Shown: positions 16,945 through 27,555 of the stretch, piece after piece
Layout: the number at the start of each line of letters is the position of its first letter
Numbering within the stretch: the stretch's first letter is position 1
Assembly (NCBI GenBank): GCA_025357215.1
Contig: JANXPR010000473.1
Span: 1 to 54,743, forward strand
Source: Acidobacteriaceae bacterium
Lineage (GTDB): Bacteria; Acidobacteriota; Terriglobia; Terriglobales; Acidobacteriaceae
Reading direction: 5' to 3'
DNA: 54,743 nucleotides
Program-made: the position numbers and the translations under genes
Notes under the pieces: model-generated
The model's input: only the letters and a program-made list of their open reading frames with translations
Told to the model about the DNA's origin: nothing
Databases searched by the model: none

Positions 16945-19725
16945 TTATTCGTAGCGCAGGGCCACCAAGGGATCGACCTTGGTTGCGCGGCGCGTCGGCA
17001 CCAGGCAAGCCAACATGGCCACTAGAACCATGAGCACGAGCACAAACAACAAGGTGGTTGGATCGCCGGGCTTCACTCCGTAGAGAAGTGTCGAAAGCAC
17101 GCGAGTCACACCCAGCGAAAGACCAACGCCGAGAACCGCTCCCAACGCAGCCACCAGCACGGCTTGTCCCATGACCAGGCGAATCACGTTGCCGGCTTGT
17201 GCGCCTACGGCCATGCGAATGCCGATCTCACGCGTTCTGCGCGTGACTTCATAGGACAAAAGACCGTACAGACCCATGCAGGCCAATACCAGGGCAAGCA
17301 TTCCAAAGAAACTGGCGAGTTGCGCCACCATGCGATCTTGTGACAGTTGCCGTTCGATTTCGGCCTTCTGCGTACTGATGCGATACATGGCCAGGTTGGG
17401 GTCAATGCCGTTCACCATGTTGCGGATGCTCGGAACCAAGGATGAAGGGTCGGCGACAGTACGCAATTCAAAGAACGCTCCACCGTCCGCGGCCGGCATA
17501 AAGATGGTTGGCTTGATTTCCCGGCGCAAATTGCTGTACTTGGCATCGCTCACCACGCCTACGATCTCATAACCGGGAAATGCCGGATAAGGCCCGTCAG
17601 CGAGCGAGTCGCCAAACAAGTGACCCAGCGGGTTCTGCTTGGGAAAGTACTGGTGCGCAAACAATTCATTCACCACAGCGGCTGCCGGAACCTTTCTGGC
17701 CTCAAGAGGTGAGGAGTGAGACAAGGCTTCCGCAAAATCAGCGGGAGCAAGATCACGGCCAGCCCGCAACGGCATGCCCATGGTTGCAAAAAAGTTGGGA
17801 CCTATTTCCATCTGGTCGGCATCAACCTGGTCCTTGGAGTCAACCGGTGTGCCGGGACGATGGAACGAAGTCATGGAAGAACTTCCCGACAACATCGGAG
17901 CCCAGGAATACGATACTGATTTGACGCCGGGCAGAGCCGAAAATTTTTCCTGCAATCCGCTGTAGAGATGGCCGACCTGTGTTCCTTTGTAGCCTGCGAA
18001 CTTAGGATCCAATCCAAACAACAAAATATTGCTGGTATTGAACCCCGGATCAATGTTCTTGAGGTTGCTTAGAGTGCGCACCAGCAGCCCAGCGGTAGCC
18101 AGAACCAGCACCGCTAAGCCTACCTGGGTAGCCACCAGCAGGTTTCCCATGGTAAATCGACGACGGCGCGACCCTGTACCGCCGGACATGTCCGCGGTTT
18201 TGAGTGACGGCGTAAGGTCCACACGCAGTCCGCGATATGCGGGCGCCATCCCAAATATCAGCCCGGTGAGAATGGACACGCCGAACGTAAACGCCAGCAC
18301 GCGCCAGTCAAGATGCGGTGAGAATGTGGGAGGCTGTATACGTCCTGAGAAAAGGACCGCCATGAGGATGCGCGATCCCCACACGGCCAGCAGCAGTCCC
18401 AATGCGCCGCCCAAGACCGAGAGCGTCAGGCTCTCCACCAGAAGTTGCCCAAGCAGCCTGGTCCGCTTGGCCCCTAAAGCCATGCGGACGGCGATCTCGC
18501 GCTCGCGGCTGGCAGCCCGGGCCAGCAATAATCCGGCAACGTTGGCGCAGGCGATCAGCAGAATAACGCCAACGCAAAGCATCAGCACATACACGGGTTG
18601 CAAGAGCCGGTTGTAGCCTCCACGCAGTTCTTGTTGCGCCGGCATGAGCCGCAGATGAGGATCGTCTTCGGATTTGAAAAATGCTTTGTCCCCCTTCAGC
18701 ATGAGGTTGCGAAAGATCACATTTGCCGCTGTTTCCGCCTGCGACCCGGAAACTCCAGGCTTAAGGCGGCCGACAATGGTGTATCCAAAGAAGCCCATCC
18801 CCTTGGCGTCTCGCAGCCAGGTCATTCCCATGATTTTCTGTTGGGCGAGAGGTACCCACAGATCGAACTGGCTGGCCATGGCCAGGGATGTAAAGCGTGG
18901 CTCCGCGACTCCGATGATGGTGAATGGGCTGTTGTTCAGCCGGACGGTTTTACCCACCACGGAAGGTGAGCCGCCAAAGTCGCTCTGCCAGATCTTGTAG
19001 TTAAGGACCGCCACCGCCGGCGCTTCCGTCCGGTCATCGGATTCAGAAAGCAGGCGGCCCGCCGCAGGCATTACGCCGATCGTTTCAAAATACTGCCCGG
19101 AAACGAACTGGCCTTGAACGCGTTTGGCGGGACCATTGCCCGCCAAATCCATCTGTCCGAATCCGGTGGACGCACCAAGACTGGAAAAAACATTCGTCTG
19201 AGTCTGAATCTCTTTGACCAGCGGGTACGGCAGTGAACATCCCATCGGATGTTCCCGCAATCCTTCATTGCAGTCGCCAAAGTTCATGGCGCCTTCCGAT
19301 TCAGGATCGTGGCGAGCTTCCCATTTCAAAACCACCAGGCTTTGCGGGTCGCGCACCGGCAAGGAACGGAACACTACGGCGTCAATCACGCTGAAGATGG
19401 CGGTGTTCATCCCAATACCCAGGGCGAGGGTAAGCACCGCGACGGTGGTAAACGCGGGACTCTTTCGTAGCACGCGCACGGCGTAGCGAAAGTCTTGTGC
19501 CAGCTTTTCAAGGAACGCCGTCCAACGTACGCTATGAACAGCTTCGCGTGTCTGCTGAACTCCGCCAAAGGCAATCAAAGCCCGGCGACGCGCTTCTTCA
19601 GCCGGCATGCCCGCGGCAATGTTCTGCTGGATTTCTTTTTCCAGGTGGAACCGCAGTTCCGCATTCATGTCATCGTCCAGCTTGCTGTGTTTCAGTCCAT
19701 TGACCAGCCGCGTGAAAAAGTTCAT
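16945..19725 (-). CDS. ADOP-family duplicated permease (MacB/FtsX-like)
   Basis: N-terminus [55 protein letters not shown], two FtsX-type TM blocks, and a C-terminus [15 protein letters not shown]. Confidence 0.9.
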   Translation of the reverse strand: MNFFTRLVNGLKHSKLDDDMNAELRFHLEKEIQQNIAAGMPAEEARRRALIAFGGVQQTREAVHSVRWTAFLEKLAQDFRYAVRVLRKSPAFTTVAVLTLALGIGMNTAIFSVIDAVVFRSLPVRDPQSLVVLKWEARHDPESEGAMNFGDCNEGLREHPMGCSLPYPLVKEIQTQTNVFSSLGASTGFGQMDLAGNGPAKRVQGQFVSGQYFETIGVMPAAGRLLSESDDRTEAPAVAVLNYKIWQSDFGGSPSVVGKTVRLNNSPFTIIGVAEPRFTSLAMASQFDLWVPLAQQKIMGMTWLRDAKGMGFFGYTIVGRLKPGVSGSQAETAANVIFRNLMLKGDKAFFKSEDDPHLRLMPAQQELRGGYNRLLQPVYVLMLCVGVILLIACANVAGLLLARAASREREIAVRMALGAKRTRLLGQLLVESLTLSVLGGALGLLLAVWGSRILMAVLFSGRIQPPTFSPHLDWRVLAFTFGVSILTGLIFGMAPAYRGLRVDLTPSLKTADMSGGTGSRRRRFTMGNLLVATQVGLAVLVLATAGLLVRTLSNLKNIDPGFNTSNILLFGLDPKFAGYKGTQVGHLYSGLQEKFSALPGVKSVSYSWAPMLSGSSSMTSFHRPGTPVDSKDQVDADQMEIGPNFFATMGMPLRAGRDLAPADFAEALSHSSPLEARKVPAAAVVNELFAHQYFPKQNPLGHLFGDSLADGPYPAFPGYEIVGVVSDAKYSNLRREIKPTIFMPAADGGAFFELRTVADPSSLVPSIRNMVNGIDPNLAMYRISTQKAEIERQLSQDRMVAQLASFFGMLALVLACMGLYGLLSYEVTRRTREIGIRMAVGAQAGNVIRLVMGQAVLVAALGAVLGVGLSLGVTRVLSTLLYGVKPGDPTTLLFVLVLMVLVAMLACLVPTRRATKVDPLVALRYE

Positions 19726-19754
19726 TAGGATACCTGCCGTCAGCAAATTGATTT

Positions 19755-22541
19755 TTATTCATAGCGCAGGGCCACCATGGGATCAACTTTGGTGGCACGC
19801 CGGGCCGGCACCAGACAAGCCAGCATCGCCACCAAACCAAGCAACAACAACACGGCCAGAAGAGTCAACGGATCTCCGGCCTTCACTCCGTACAAGGCGC
19901 TTTTCAACAGCCGCGCCACACCCAGCGAACCCGCGATGCCGATGACCGCTCCCACGCAGACCAGGACCATGGTCCTGCCCAGCACAAGCCGGATCACGTT
20001 GCCGGCCTGCGCGCCAATGGCCATGCGAATTCCGATCTCACGCGTCCGTCGCGTAACTTCGTATGCCAGCAACCCGTAAAGTCCCATGCAGGCCAGCCCC
20101 AGGGCGAGCAGTCCGAAAACGCTGGCCAGCTGCGCGGTCAGGCGCTCACCTGTCATCTGATTGTCGATGTCCTGTATCTGGGTAGAGATACGGAAGAGAG
20201 CCAGGTCCGGGTTCTCATGGGTCACCAGATTTCTGACGGTGGGAATCAACGCGTTGGGATCGGTGGCGGTCCGCAATTCAAAGAACGCCGAGCCGCTGGC
20301 ATTAGGCGAATACAAGGTTGGATGGACTTCGCGTTTCATCCCGCTGTACTTCGCATTGGCTACCACGCCCACAATTTGATATCCCGGATCTTTTTTGCCA
20401 TCACCCTTAGGTATTGGATTGTCGGCGAAAGTCTGGCCCAGAGGATTGGTCGATGGCAGAAACTTCTGCACAAAAAACTGATTCACAATCACCGGTGTCG
20501 GCACACTGCCTGGGATCTCCGAATCATTCGTCGCCGTCACGCTAAAATCAGCCACGGTGAAATCTCGTCCAATCTGAAACGGAATACGTAAAGTGGTAAA
20601 GAAGTTGGGCCCCACGGGAAGTTCGTCGCATTCCACTTCTTCCTTGGAGTCCCGCGGAGTTCCCGGTTTGCGGAAGCTCGTGGTCGACAAGCTGCCAATG
20701 AGAAGCGGTACCTGCGAATAACTGGCCGAGGTGACTCCCGGAAGCGCTGCGAATTTTTCCTGCAACTGATGGTAGAGATTGTCCACGTGTGCGCCTTTGT
20801 ATCCCGCCATGCGCGGATCCACGGCAAACAGCAGAAGGCTGCGCGTGTCAAAACCCGGATCAATGTTCTTCAGGTTGCCGAGCGTGCGGACCAGCAATCC
20901 GGCTACCACCAGCACTAGAATTGCCAGCGCCATCTGAACCGAAACCAAAGTACTGCCGGCAGTGAACCGCCGCTGCCGTCCGGCTGCTCCCGCGGACGCC
21001 GCTCCGCCTCCAGCTTTAAGAGACGACGTTAAGCTGACGGCAGAAGCGCGAAACGCGGGCGCAAGTCCAAAAATGATTCCGGTAAGGACGGAGATTCCTG
21101 CCGTGAATGCCAGTACGGTCCAGTCTATGTGCGGAGAAATTTGCGGCGGGTTTTCATCGCCGGCTCCAACCATCGCCAGCAGCACTCTCACGCCCCATAC
21201 TCCAAACACCAGTCCCAGCGCGCCGCCGATCGCAGACAGCATCACGCTTTCCGTAAGCAACTGCCGGATGAGCCGGCCACGCTTGGCGCCCAGCGCCAGT
21301 CGGACCGCCATTTCCCGTTGCCGAACGGCCGAGCGCGCCAACAGTAATCCAGCCACGTTGGCGCATGCGATCATCAAGACCACTCCCACAAAAAGCAGCA
21401 GAATGTAGAGCGGCTGCAGGATCTGGTCTTTGGCCGCGCCCAGGTGTTGAGCTGCAACCAGTTTGATTTCCGGTTGGCCTTCGGACTTGAAGATTGGCTT
21501 GGCGCCTTCCAGCATGTCATTGCGATAGAGCAAGCTCGCACCGGCCTGCGCCTGAGTCACGGGAACTTCCGGCTTCACGCGGCCAATAACAATCAACCAG
21601 TAGGAGTCCATTGCGTCTTGCTTGGCGGTCCATTGCGGCACCACGGCGCGATGATGAGTCAGCGGAACCCAAACATCATTCCTGCCACCCATGGTCAGTC
21701 CCTCAAACTTGGGCTCGGTCACACCGATGATGGCAAATGGCTGTCCATTGAGTCGCACGGTCTTGCCGATCACTGATTCCGATCCGCCAAACGTGGACTG
21801 CCAGAAAGCGTAACTCACCACCGCGACGGGCGGCGCTTCCGGAGTGTCGTCATTATCGAGAAACACGCGTCCCCTGTGCGGGCGAACGCCCAGCGTCCCA
21901 AAATAATCTCCGGAGACAAATTGTCCGTACACAATGCGCGCCGGACCGTTGCCGCTGAGATCGAGCCGTTCATGTCCGGTATACGCGGCTACATGAGAGA
22001 AAACGCCGCTCTTCGATTGCAGGTCCCTGAAGAACGGCACGGGCAACGAACAACCGTTAGGGCGCGGGCCGTCAGTGTCGTCCTCGCAATCGCCAAAGCT
22101 GCGGTAGCTGTGCGTCTGCGGTCGCTGGAGCGAATGCCATTCCAGGAACACTAAATTCTTTGGATCGCTTACTGGCAGCGGACGAAACAGCACCGCGTCA
22201 ATCAAACTAAAGATGGCCGAATTGGCGCCAATACCCAGCGCCAAAGTCAGCACCGCGACCAGCGTAAATACCGGCGTGTTGCGCAACATGCGCGCGCCAT
22301 AGCGGACGTCTTGCACCAAGGAATCCCAGAAACGGCCGTGCTGGACCTCACGCAACGATTCCCGCGTCTGCTGCACGCCGCCGAAAGAAATCAGCGCCTG
22401 ACGACGCGCTTCCTCCGCGGACATTCCGCGGGCCATGTTCTCTTCGATTTCTTTTTCCAGATGGAAACGCATCTCGGCGTTGAGTTCGTTTTCCAATTTG
22501 TTTTTTTTCGTCGCATTCCACAGACGTTTGAAAATGTTCAT
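19755..22541 (-). CDS. ADOP-family duplicated permease (paralogue of the previous gene)
   Basis: N-terminus [55 protein letters not shown] and C-terminus [15 protein letters not shown]. Start set at the internal ATG 22541. Confidence 0.9.
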   Translation of the reverse strand: MNIFKRLWNATKKNKLENELNAEMRFHLEKEIEENMARGMSAEEARRQALISFGGVQQTRESLREVQHGRFWDSLVQDVRYGARMLRNTPVFTLVAVLTLALGIGANSAIFSLIDAVLFRPLPVSDPKNLVFLEWHSLQRPQTHSYRSFGDCEDDTDGPRPNGCSLPVPFFRDLQSKSGVFSHVAAYTGHERLDLSGNGPARIVYGQFVSGDYFGTLGVRPHRGRVFLDNDDTPEAPPVAVVSYAFWQSTFGGSESVIGKTVRLNGQPFAIIGVTEPKFEGLTMGGRNDVWVPLTHHRAVVPQWTAKQDAMDSYWLIVIGRVKPEVPVTQAQAGASLLYRNDMLEGAKPIFKSEGQPEIKLVAAQHLGAAKDQILQPLYILLLFVGVVLMIACANVAGLLLARSAVRQREMAVRLALGAKRGRLIRQLLTESVMLSAIGGALGLVFGVWGVRVLLAMVGAGDENPPQISPHIDWTVLAFTAGISVLTGIIFGLAPAFRASAVSLTSSLKAGGGAASAGAAGRQRRFTAGSTLVSVQMALAILVLVVAGLLVRTLGNLKNIDPGFDTRSLLLFAVDPRMAGYKGAHVDNLYHQLQEKFAALPGVTSASYSQVPLLIGSLSTTSFRKPGTPRDSKEEVECDELPVGPNFFTTLRIPFQIGRDFTVADFSVTATNDSEIPGSVPTPVIVNQFFVQKFLPSTNPLGQTFADNPIPKGDGKKDPGYQIVGVVANAKYSGMKREVHPTLYSPNASGSAFFELRTATDPNALIPTVRNLVTHENPDLALFRISTQIQDIDNQMTGERLTAQLASVFGLLALGLACMGLYGLLAYEVTRRTREIGIRMAIGAQAGNVIRLVLGRTMVLVCVGAVIGIAGSLGVARLLKSALYGVKAGDPLTLLAVLLLLGLVAMLACLVPARRATKVDPMVALRYE

Positions 22542-22599
22542 AGGATTACCTGTAACAAGAAAATTTAACTTCCAGGCCCCGTAAGTTTTGTTGCAACGG

Positions 22600-22929
22600 C
22601 TAGCTTTGTTGCAAAACCAGCGCAATGGCCGCGGAGAGCCGTTCCCACTCGCCCATTTCTTTTTCCAGTTGCTTCACGCCGTTCCTGGTCAACGAATAAA
22701 ACTTGGCGCGGCGGTTGTTGTCAGAGGTACTCCACTCGGCGCCGATCCAGCCTTTCTGTTCCAAACGCGCCAGTGCGGGATAAAGCGATCCCTGCCCCAC
22801 TTGCAGCACCTCTTTTGAAACTTGCTGGATGCGTTGGGCAATTCCCCAGCCATGCATCGGGCCCAGAACGAGCGTCTTGAGGATCAAAAGGTCCAAAGTG
22901 CCTTGCAGCAGATCAATCTGGCTTCCCAT
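22600..22929 (-). CDS. PadR-family transcriptional regulator
   Basis: [51 protein letters not shown]...KFYSLTRNG. Confidence 0.92.
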   Translation of the reverse strand: MGSQIDLLQGTLDLLILKTLVLGPMHGWGIAQRIQQVSKEVLQVGQGSLYPALARLEQKGWIGAEWSTSDNNRRAKFYSLTRNGVKQLEKEMGEWERLSAAIALVLQQS

Positions 22930-22947
22930 AAGAACTCCCCTCGGATA

Positions 22948-22980
22948 TCGACAAGAGATTAGACTCGCGACTCTTGTCGA
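22948..22980. promoter_or_regulatory. Perfect 10-bp inverted repeat (candidate PadR operator)
   Basis: TCGACAAGAG (22948-22957), a 13-nt spacer, then CTCTTGTCGA (22971-22980). It starts 19 nt upstream of the padR start codon. Confidence 0.35.
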
Positions 22981-23306
22981 ATGTCAACAAGAAGCAACAT
23001 TTTTCCAGAGGGAGGTCTCGCCACCCCCTCGGGAAGTCTGAGAATAAAAAGACTTGGCTCGTTTCTGGAATACCCGTTCTGGAATAGAAGACGAACTGCA
23101 CAATCGAATGTGCATAAGTGGCACTTTGTGGCACTTCTAAGGTAAAAAAGCCATAAGCAGACTGTTAAAAATGCAGCGCAACTGATGCATTCCCAAAACA
23201 GATCGTCTAAGATAAGTGCCCTTCGTCTGGAGCAGTTTCAAGCTCCGCTTAGCTTGCTTCGCCAAAGCAAGCGGCTAAAACCCGCGCCACTTCCTCTGGA
23301 GACCCT

Positions 23307-23765
23307 ATGTTGAGGATCAGCAGGGCGGACTACGACTTGATCCGCTGGGAAGCCGAACGCAATTATCCGAACGAATGCTGCGGAATTCTTTTGGGCAATG
23401 TGATTGAAGGCGTGCGCCAGGTGAGTATGACGATTACCTGTGACAACGCGCGCACGGACTCGCTCGCCAACCGCTACAGTATCCGGCCGGATCAGGTGGT
23501 AGCCACCCAGAAACTGGCCCGGAGCCGCGGCGAAAACATCATCGGCTTCTACCACTCCCATCCCGACCACCCGGCGGACTATTCCCGGACCGACTTGGAT
23601 GAAGCTCACTGGTTTGACTGCTCTTATCTGATTATTTCCGTGGAGCGCGGCTCTCCCGGCGCCACCAGTTCTTTTGTGCTGCTGGGTGGAGAAGATCGCA
23701 AGAAGTTCGAGCAGGAAGCGATTCAGATTGTTGCGTACCGACAGCCGCTCAAAGTTGCCTTGTAA
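23307..23765 (+). CDS. JAMM/MPN+ metalloprotease (Mec+/QbsD/HcyD-like)
   Basis: ECCGILLG and the JAMM motif HSHPDHPADYSRTD. 152 aa. Confidence 0.88.
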   Translation: MLRISRADYDLIRWEAERNYPNECCGILLGNVIEGVRQVSMTITCDNARTDSLANRYSIRPDQVVATQKLARSRGENIIGFYHSHPDHPADYSRTDLDEAHWFDCSYLIISVERGSPGATSSFVLLGGEDRKKFEQEAIQIVAYRQPLKVAL

Positions 23766-23929
23766 CGTATAATGGTTTTCGTGACGATCAATTCTCAGTT
23801 GACGACCACCCCGCCACGCCGAATGTGTCGCCCCTCCCGTTAACGGCACGCGTGTGCGCTTCTTTTCAGGAAACAGCTTCGAAGAAGCAATCTCAACCGT
23901 AATCCCCAACATGCGAAAGGAAACCCATT

Positions 23930-25102
23930 ATGGCCACTACATTGGCGCCAGAGTCCAATCCAGTTTTGAGCAATGAAGAAGTTTTGCGTTATTCGCGGCA
24001 CCTGATCATGCCGGAAGTGGGGATGCACGGCCAGCAGAAGCTGAAGGCAGCGCGCGTGTTGTGTGTTGGCACTGGAGGACTGGGTTCGCCGCTGGCCCTG
24101 TATCTGGCCGCAGCCGGCGTGGGCACATTGGGCCTGGTGGATTTTGACGTTGTGGATTTCACCAACCTGCAGCGCCAGATCATCCACCACACCAGTGATG
24201 TGGGCCGTCCGAAACTGGAATCGGCGAAAGAAAAGATTGCAGCCATCAATCCTTTCGTCAACGTGAAGACCTTCAACACGAAACTCACCAGCGAAAACGC
24301 TCTGCAGATCTTTGCCGACTTCGACATCATCGTGGACGGTACAGACAACTTCCCTACGCGCTTCCTGGTCAACGATGCCTGCGTCTTCACCGGCAAGCCA
24401 AACGTTTATGGATCGATTTTCCGCTTTGAAGGACAGGCCAGCGTCTTTGCCGCCAAAGACGGACCGTGCTATCGCTGCCTGTATCCGGAGCCGCCACCGC
24501 CGGGTTTGGTTCCTTCTTGCGCGGAAGGCGGAGTGCTGGGCATTCTGCCCGGACTCGTCGGTCTAATCCAAGCCACGGAAGCCATCAAACTGATTCTGGG
24601 CACCGGACAGCCTCTCATCGGCCGCCTGCTGCTCGTCGATGCGCTGGGCATGAAGTTCCGTGAACTCAAGCTACGCAAAAATCCCGATTGCGTGGTTTGC
24701 GGGAACCACCCCACAGTGACTAAACTCATCGATTACGAAGAATTTTGCGGACTACGTGGACAGGAGACACCTGTGAATCAAAGCGGCACACCGGAAATCA
24801 GCGTGGAAGAATTGAAGCAAAAGCTGGACGCCAAGGAAGATATCTTTATTCTGGACGTCCGCGAACCCCACGAATACCAGATCTGTAACCTTAACGGCTA
24901 CCTTATTCCTCTCAACGATCTTCCCAAACGCGTGAGCGAACTGGATCCTGCCAAGGAAATGGTCGTGCATTGCCGTTCCGGCGTCCGCAGCGGACGGGCC
25001 GTGGCGTTTCTCCGCCAGGCTGGCTTTACCAAAGCCACCAACCTTGCCGGCGGGATACTAGCCTGGGCCGATAGGGTTGACCCGAAAGTGCCGAAGTACT
25101 GA
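23930..25102 (+). CDS. moeB: MoeB/ThiF-type adenylyltransferase fused to a rhodanese domain (MoeZ-like)
   Basis: RYSRHLIMPEVGMHGQQKLKAARVLCVGTGGLGSP, Zn-site Cys pairs (CYRC and CVVC), and a C-terminal rhodanese with active-site loop HCRSGVRS. Confidence 0.9.
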   Translation: MATTLAPESNPVLSNEEVLRYSRHLIMPEVGMHGQQKLKAARVLCVGTGGLGSPLALYLAAAGVGTLGLVDFDVVDFTNLQRQIIHHTSDVGRPKLESAKEKIAAINPFVNVKTFNTKLTSENALQIFADFDIIVDGTDNFPTRFLVNDACVFTGKPNVYGSIFRFEGQASVFAAKDGPCYRCLYPEPPPPGLVPSCAEGGVLGILPGLVGLIQATEAIKLILGTGQPLIGRLLLVDALGMKFRELKLRKNPDCVVCGNHPTVTKLIDYEEFCGLRGQETPVNQSGTPEISVEELKQKLDAKEDIFILDVREPHEYQICNLNGYLIPLNDLPKRVSELDPAKEMVVHCRSGVRSGRAVAFLRQAGFTKATNLAGGILAWADRVDPKVPKY

Positions 25103-25218
25103 AGAAGCAATTGGCAATTAGCAAATGGCTTTTGGCATGTGGATGATTGCCCACGAACCGCCTAGCGTGAGAAGTCAGAGCCAAAGGCCAGGAGCTAACT
25201 GCCAATGGCCGATTTTCC

Positions 25219-26148
25219 TCACCTCTCCGGCTGAAAAAGATAGCTTCCACCCACGTTTTGGCTTACTGATTCTGCTACCTGCAAAAATGCCCGTGCCGCG
25301 TGGGAAAGCTGTCCACCTTTGCGGGACACAATGCGCAGTTTACGTTCCAGCTTTAACTCTTTCACCGGCACGGCCACCAGTTCGCCGCGTAACAGCTCCG
25401 GCTCCACCGATATCTGCGGCACCAGCGCCACGCCATTGCCTGCTGCTACAAAACGTTTGATGGCTTCCAGCGTGGGCATTTCCACGTCCATATTGAGCGG
25501 CGTTTTGTGTTTGGCAAAAGCTTCCAGCACTTTCAAGCGGTAAGGCGACACCACGTTGTGCGCCACAAAAGATTCCGCGCCAAGTTGCCGGATGCTCACG
25601 GTCTTCGCTTTCGCCAACGGGTGCTTCGGCGGCACAACAAAGACTAGTTCGTCGCGAAAGACCACCACCGATTGCAGATTCGAACTTTCCGGGCGAAACG
25701 AGAGCACACCCAGTTCCACCGAGTGATCCGCCACCTGGCTGGCGATGTCGCTGGCCAGGGACCGTTGCACCGCAACTTTAATCATCGGCGAAAAGCGCCG
25801 GAATTCTTCCAGCACGCGCAACAGGTAGAGCGAAGTAAATTCGTTGGCGGCTATGGTCAGCATGCCGCGCTGAAATTGCCGCAGCTCTTCCATGGAGGCG
25901 CGCGCTTCCCGCCGCAGGTTCAACATTTTCTGCGCGTATTCCTGCAACACGCGGCCGGCGTCAGTAAGCATGCCGTCCCGCGACGAACGGTCAAACAGCG
26001 CTTCGCCCACCTCTGCTTCCAGTTTGCGAACCATCTGGCTTACAGCCGGCTGCGTCCGGTGGACGATCTTGGCCGCGCCGGAAAAGCTGCCGGTCTGTGC
26101 TACGGCCAGAAATGTTTCGAGTTGGAAGAAATCCATAGTCTCATCCAC
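25219..26148 (-). CDS. LysR-family transcriptional regulator, divergent from the leu cluster
   Basis: HTH region FFQLETFLAVAQTGSFSGAAKIVHRTQPAVSQMVRKLE, followed by a LysR substrate-binding-type C-terminal part. Confidence 0.9.
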   Translation of the reverse strand: MDETMDFFQLETFLAVAQTGSFSGAAKIVHRTQPAVSQMVRKLEAEVGEALFDRSSRDGMLTDAGRVLQEYAQKMLNLRREARASMEELRQFQRGMLTIAANEFTSLYLLRVLEEFRRFSPMIKVAVQRSLASDIASQVADHSVELGVLSFRPESSNLQSVVVFRDELVFVVPPKHPLAKAKTVSIRQLGAESFVAHNVVSPYRLKVLEAFAKHKTPLNMDVEMPTLEAIKRFVAAGNGVALVPQISVEPELLRGELVAVPVKELKLERKLRIVSRKGGQLSHAARAFLQVAESVSQNVGGSYLFQPER

Positions 26149-26223
26149 CAGCCTGAAGGCCGCTTCCTAGAAGCAACCTTCCTGGAAACAGGCTTTCTCA
26201 CCTGAGAAGGCGTGGCTTATACA

Positions 26224-26238
26224 ATAAGTGATTCTTAT
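26224..26238. promoter_or_regulatory. Candidate LysR box (T-N11-A palindrome ATAAG-N5-CTTAT)
   Basis: ATAAGTGATTCTTAT in the lysR/leuA-like divergent intergenic region. CTTATAC also occurs twice, 20 bp apart. Confidence 0.35.
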
Positions 26239-26322
26239 ACTATCAGAAGAATTATAACTTTGACTTATCATCTCCGGCGGCTGAAGATTACCTGTTCTTG
26301 TTGACTAGGGAGGAAACCGCCA

Positions 26323-27510
26323 ATGGAACGCCCCCGTATCTCTATTTTTGACACCACGTTACGTGATGGAGAACAGGCCCCCGGTTGCAGCATGGGAATC
26401 CGCGAGAAGTCCCGCATGGCCTTCCAACTGGAAAACCTGGGCGTGGACATTATTGAAGCCGGGTTCCCGGCCGCCGCCGACGCCGACTTTGAAGCCGTGC
26501 GAGTGATCTCCGGACAGCTACGCAGCCCGATCATCGCTGGACTGGCCCGCGCCTCCGAGCCGGACATTCTCCGCGCATGGACGTCGCTGGAAAATGCCAG
26601 GCGCCCGCGCATCCATGTGTTTCTGGCGAGTTCTGATCTGCATTTGACATGCAAGCTGCGCATCACGCGCGAACAAGCGCTGGACCAGGTCTACAAAGCG
26701 GTTTCTTACGCGCGCACATTGTGCAATGACGTGGAGTTTTCGCCGGAAGACGCATCACGCTCAGACGTTTATTTCCTTTGCCGCTTTGTGCAGGCCGCCG
26801 TGGACGCCGGCGCCACTGTCATCAACATCCCGGACACGGTGGGCTACACGCTGCCGCAGGAATTTTCCGAGCTCATTCAGATGGTCCGGAAATCAGTCCA
26901 TGGAATCGAGAAAGTAACGATCTCCGCGCACTGCCACAATGATCTTGGACTGGCCGTGGCCAACACGCTGGCTGCCATACAGGCCGGAGCCCGGCAGGTG
27001 GAATGCACGATCAACGGCATTGGCGAGCGCGCAGGTAACGCGTCTTTGGAAGAGATCATCATGGCGCTCAACGTCCGCCAGGAAAAGCTGCCGTATGAAA
27101 CCGGCATCGATACGCGGGAAATCTACCCCACCAGCCGATTGCTGGCCGAACTGATCGGCTTTGAGCCGCAACCGAATAAAGCCATCGTCGGACGGAACGC
27201 GTTCGCGCATGAAGCTGGCATCCACCAGCACGGCGTGATCAGCAATCCACTGTGCTACGAGATCATGACGCCGCAATCGGTCGGCGTGCCCGGCAACAAC
27301 CTGGTACTGGGCAAACATTCTGGACGCCACGCGCTGGGCAAACGTCTGGCGGAACTGGGCCATGCAGTTTCGCGCGACGATCTGGACGGCGTCTACAAAC
27401 GGTTCATGAAACTGGCAGAAATGAAGAAGAACATCTACGACCAGGATTTGATTTCCTTGCTGCCCTCCGCGGCGCGGCAATCTGTCGCGGTACAACAGGC
27501 GACGAACTAG
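26323..27510 (+). CDS. leuA: 2-isopropylmalate synthase/homocitrate synthase-family enzyme, short form without the C-terminal LeuA regulatory domain
   Basis: [30 protein letters not shown] and HEAGIHQHG. At 395 aa it is shorter than canonical LeuA. SD GGGAGGAAA precedes the start. Confidence 0.8.
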   Translation: MERPRISIFDTTLRDGEQAPGCSMGIREKSRMAFQLENLGVDIIEAGFPAAADADFEAVRVISGQLRSPIIAGLARASEPDILRAWTSLENARRPRIHVFLASSDLHLTCKLRITREQALDQVYKAVSYARTLCNDVEFSPEDASRSDVYFLCRFVQAAVDAGATVINIPDTVGYTLPQEFSELIQMVRKSVHGIEKVTISAHCHNDLGLAVANTLAAIQAGARQVECTINGIGERAGNASLEEIIMALNVRQEKLPYETGIDTREIYPTSRLLAELIGFEPQPNKAIVGRNAFAHEAGIHQHGVISNPLCYEIMTPQSVGVPGNNLVLGKHSGRHALGKRLAELGHAVSRDDLDGVYKRFMKLAEMKKNIYDQDLISLLPSAARQSVAVQQATN

Positions 27511-27555
27511 CATTTTTGAAACAGACTTTTTGGCGAAGTAGCTGTTAAGAGGTAT

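Noticed and set aside
23118-23137. Direct repeat GTGGCACTT x2, containing TGGCAC and resembling a sigma54 -24 element.
   Set aside because: The GG-to-GC spacing is one nt short of the TGGCAC-N5-TTGC consensus, and there is no TTGC -12 element. It is probably just a short direct repeat in an AT-rich spacer.
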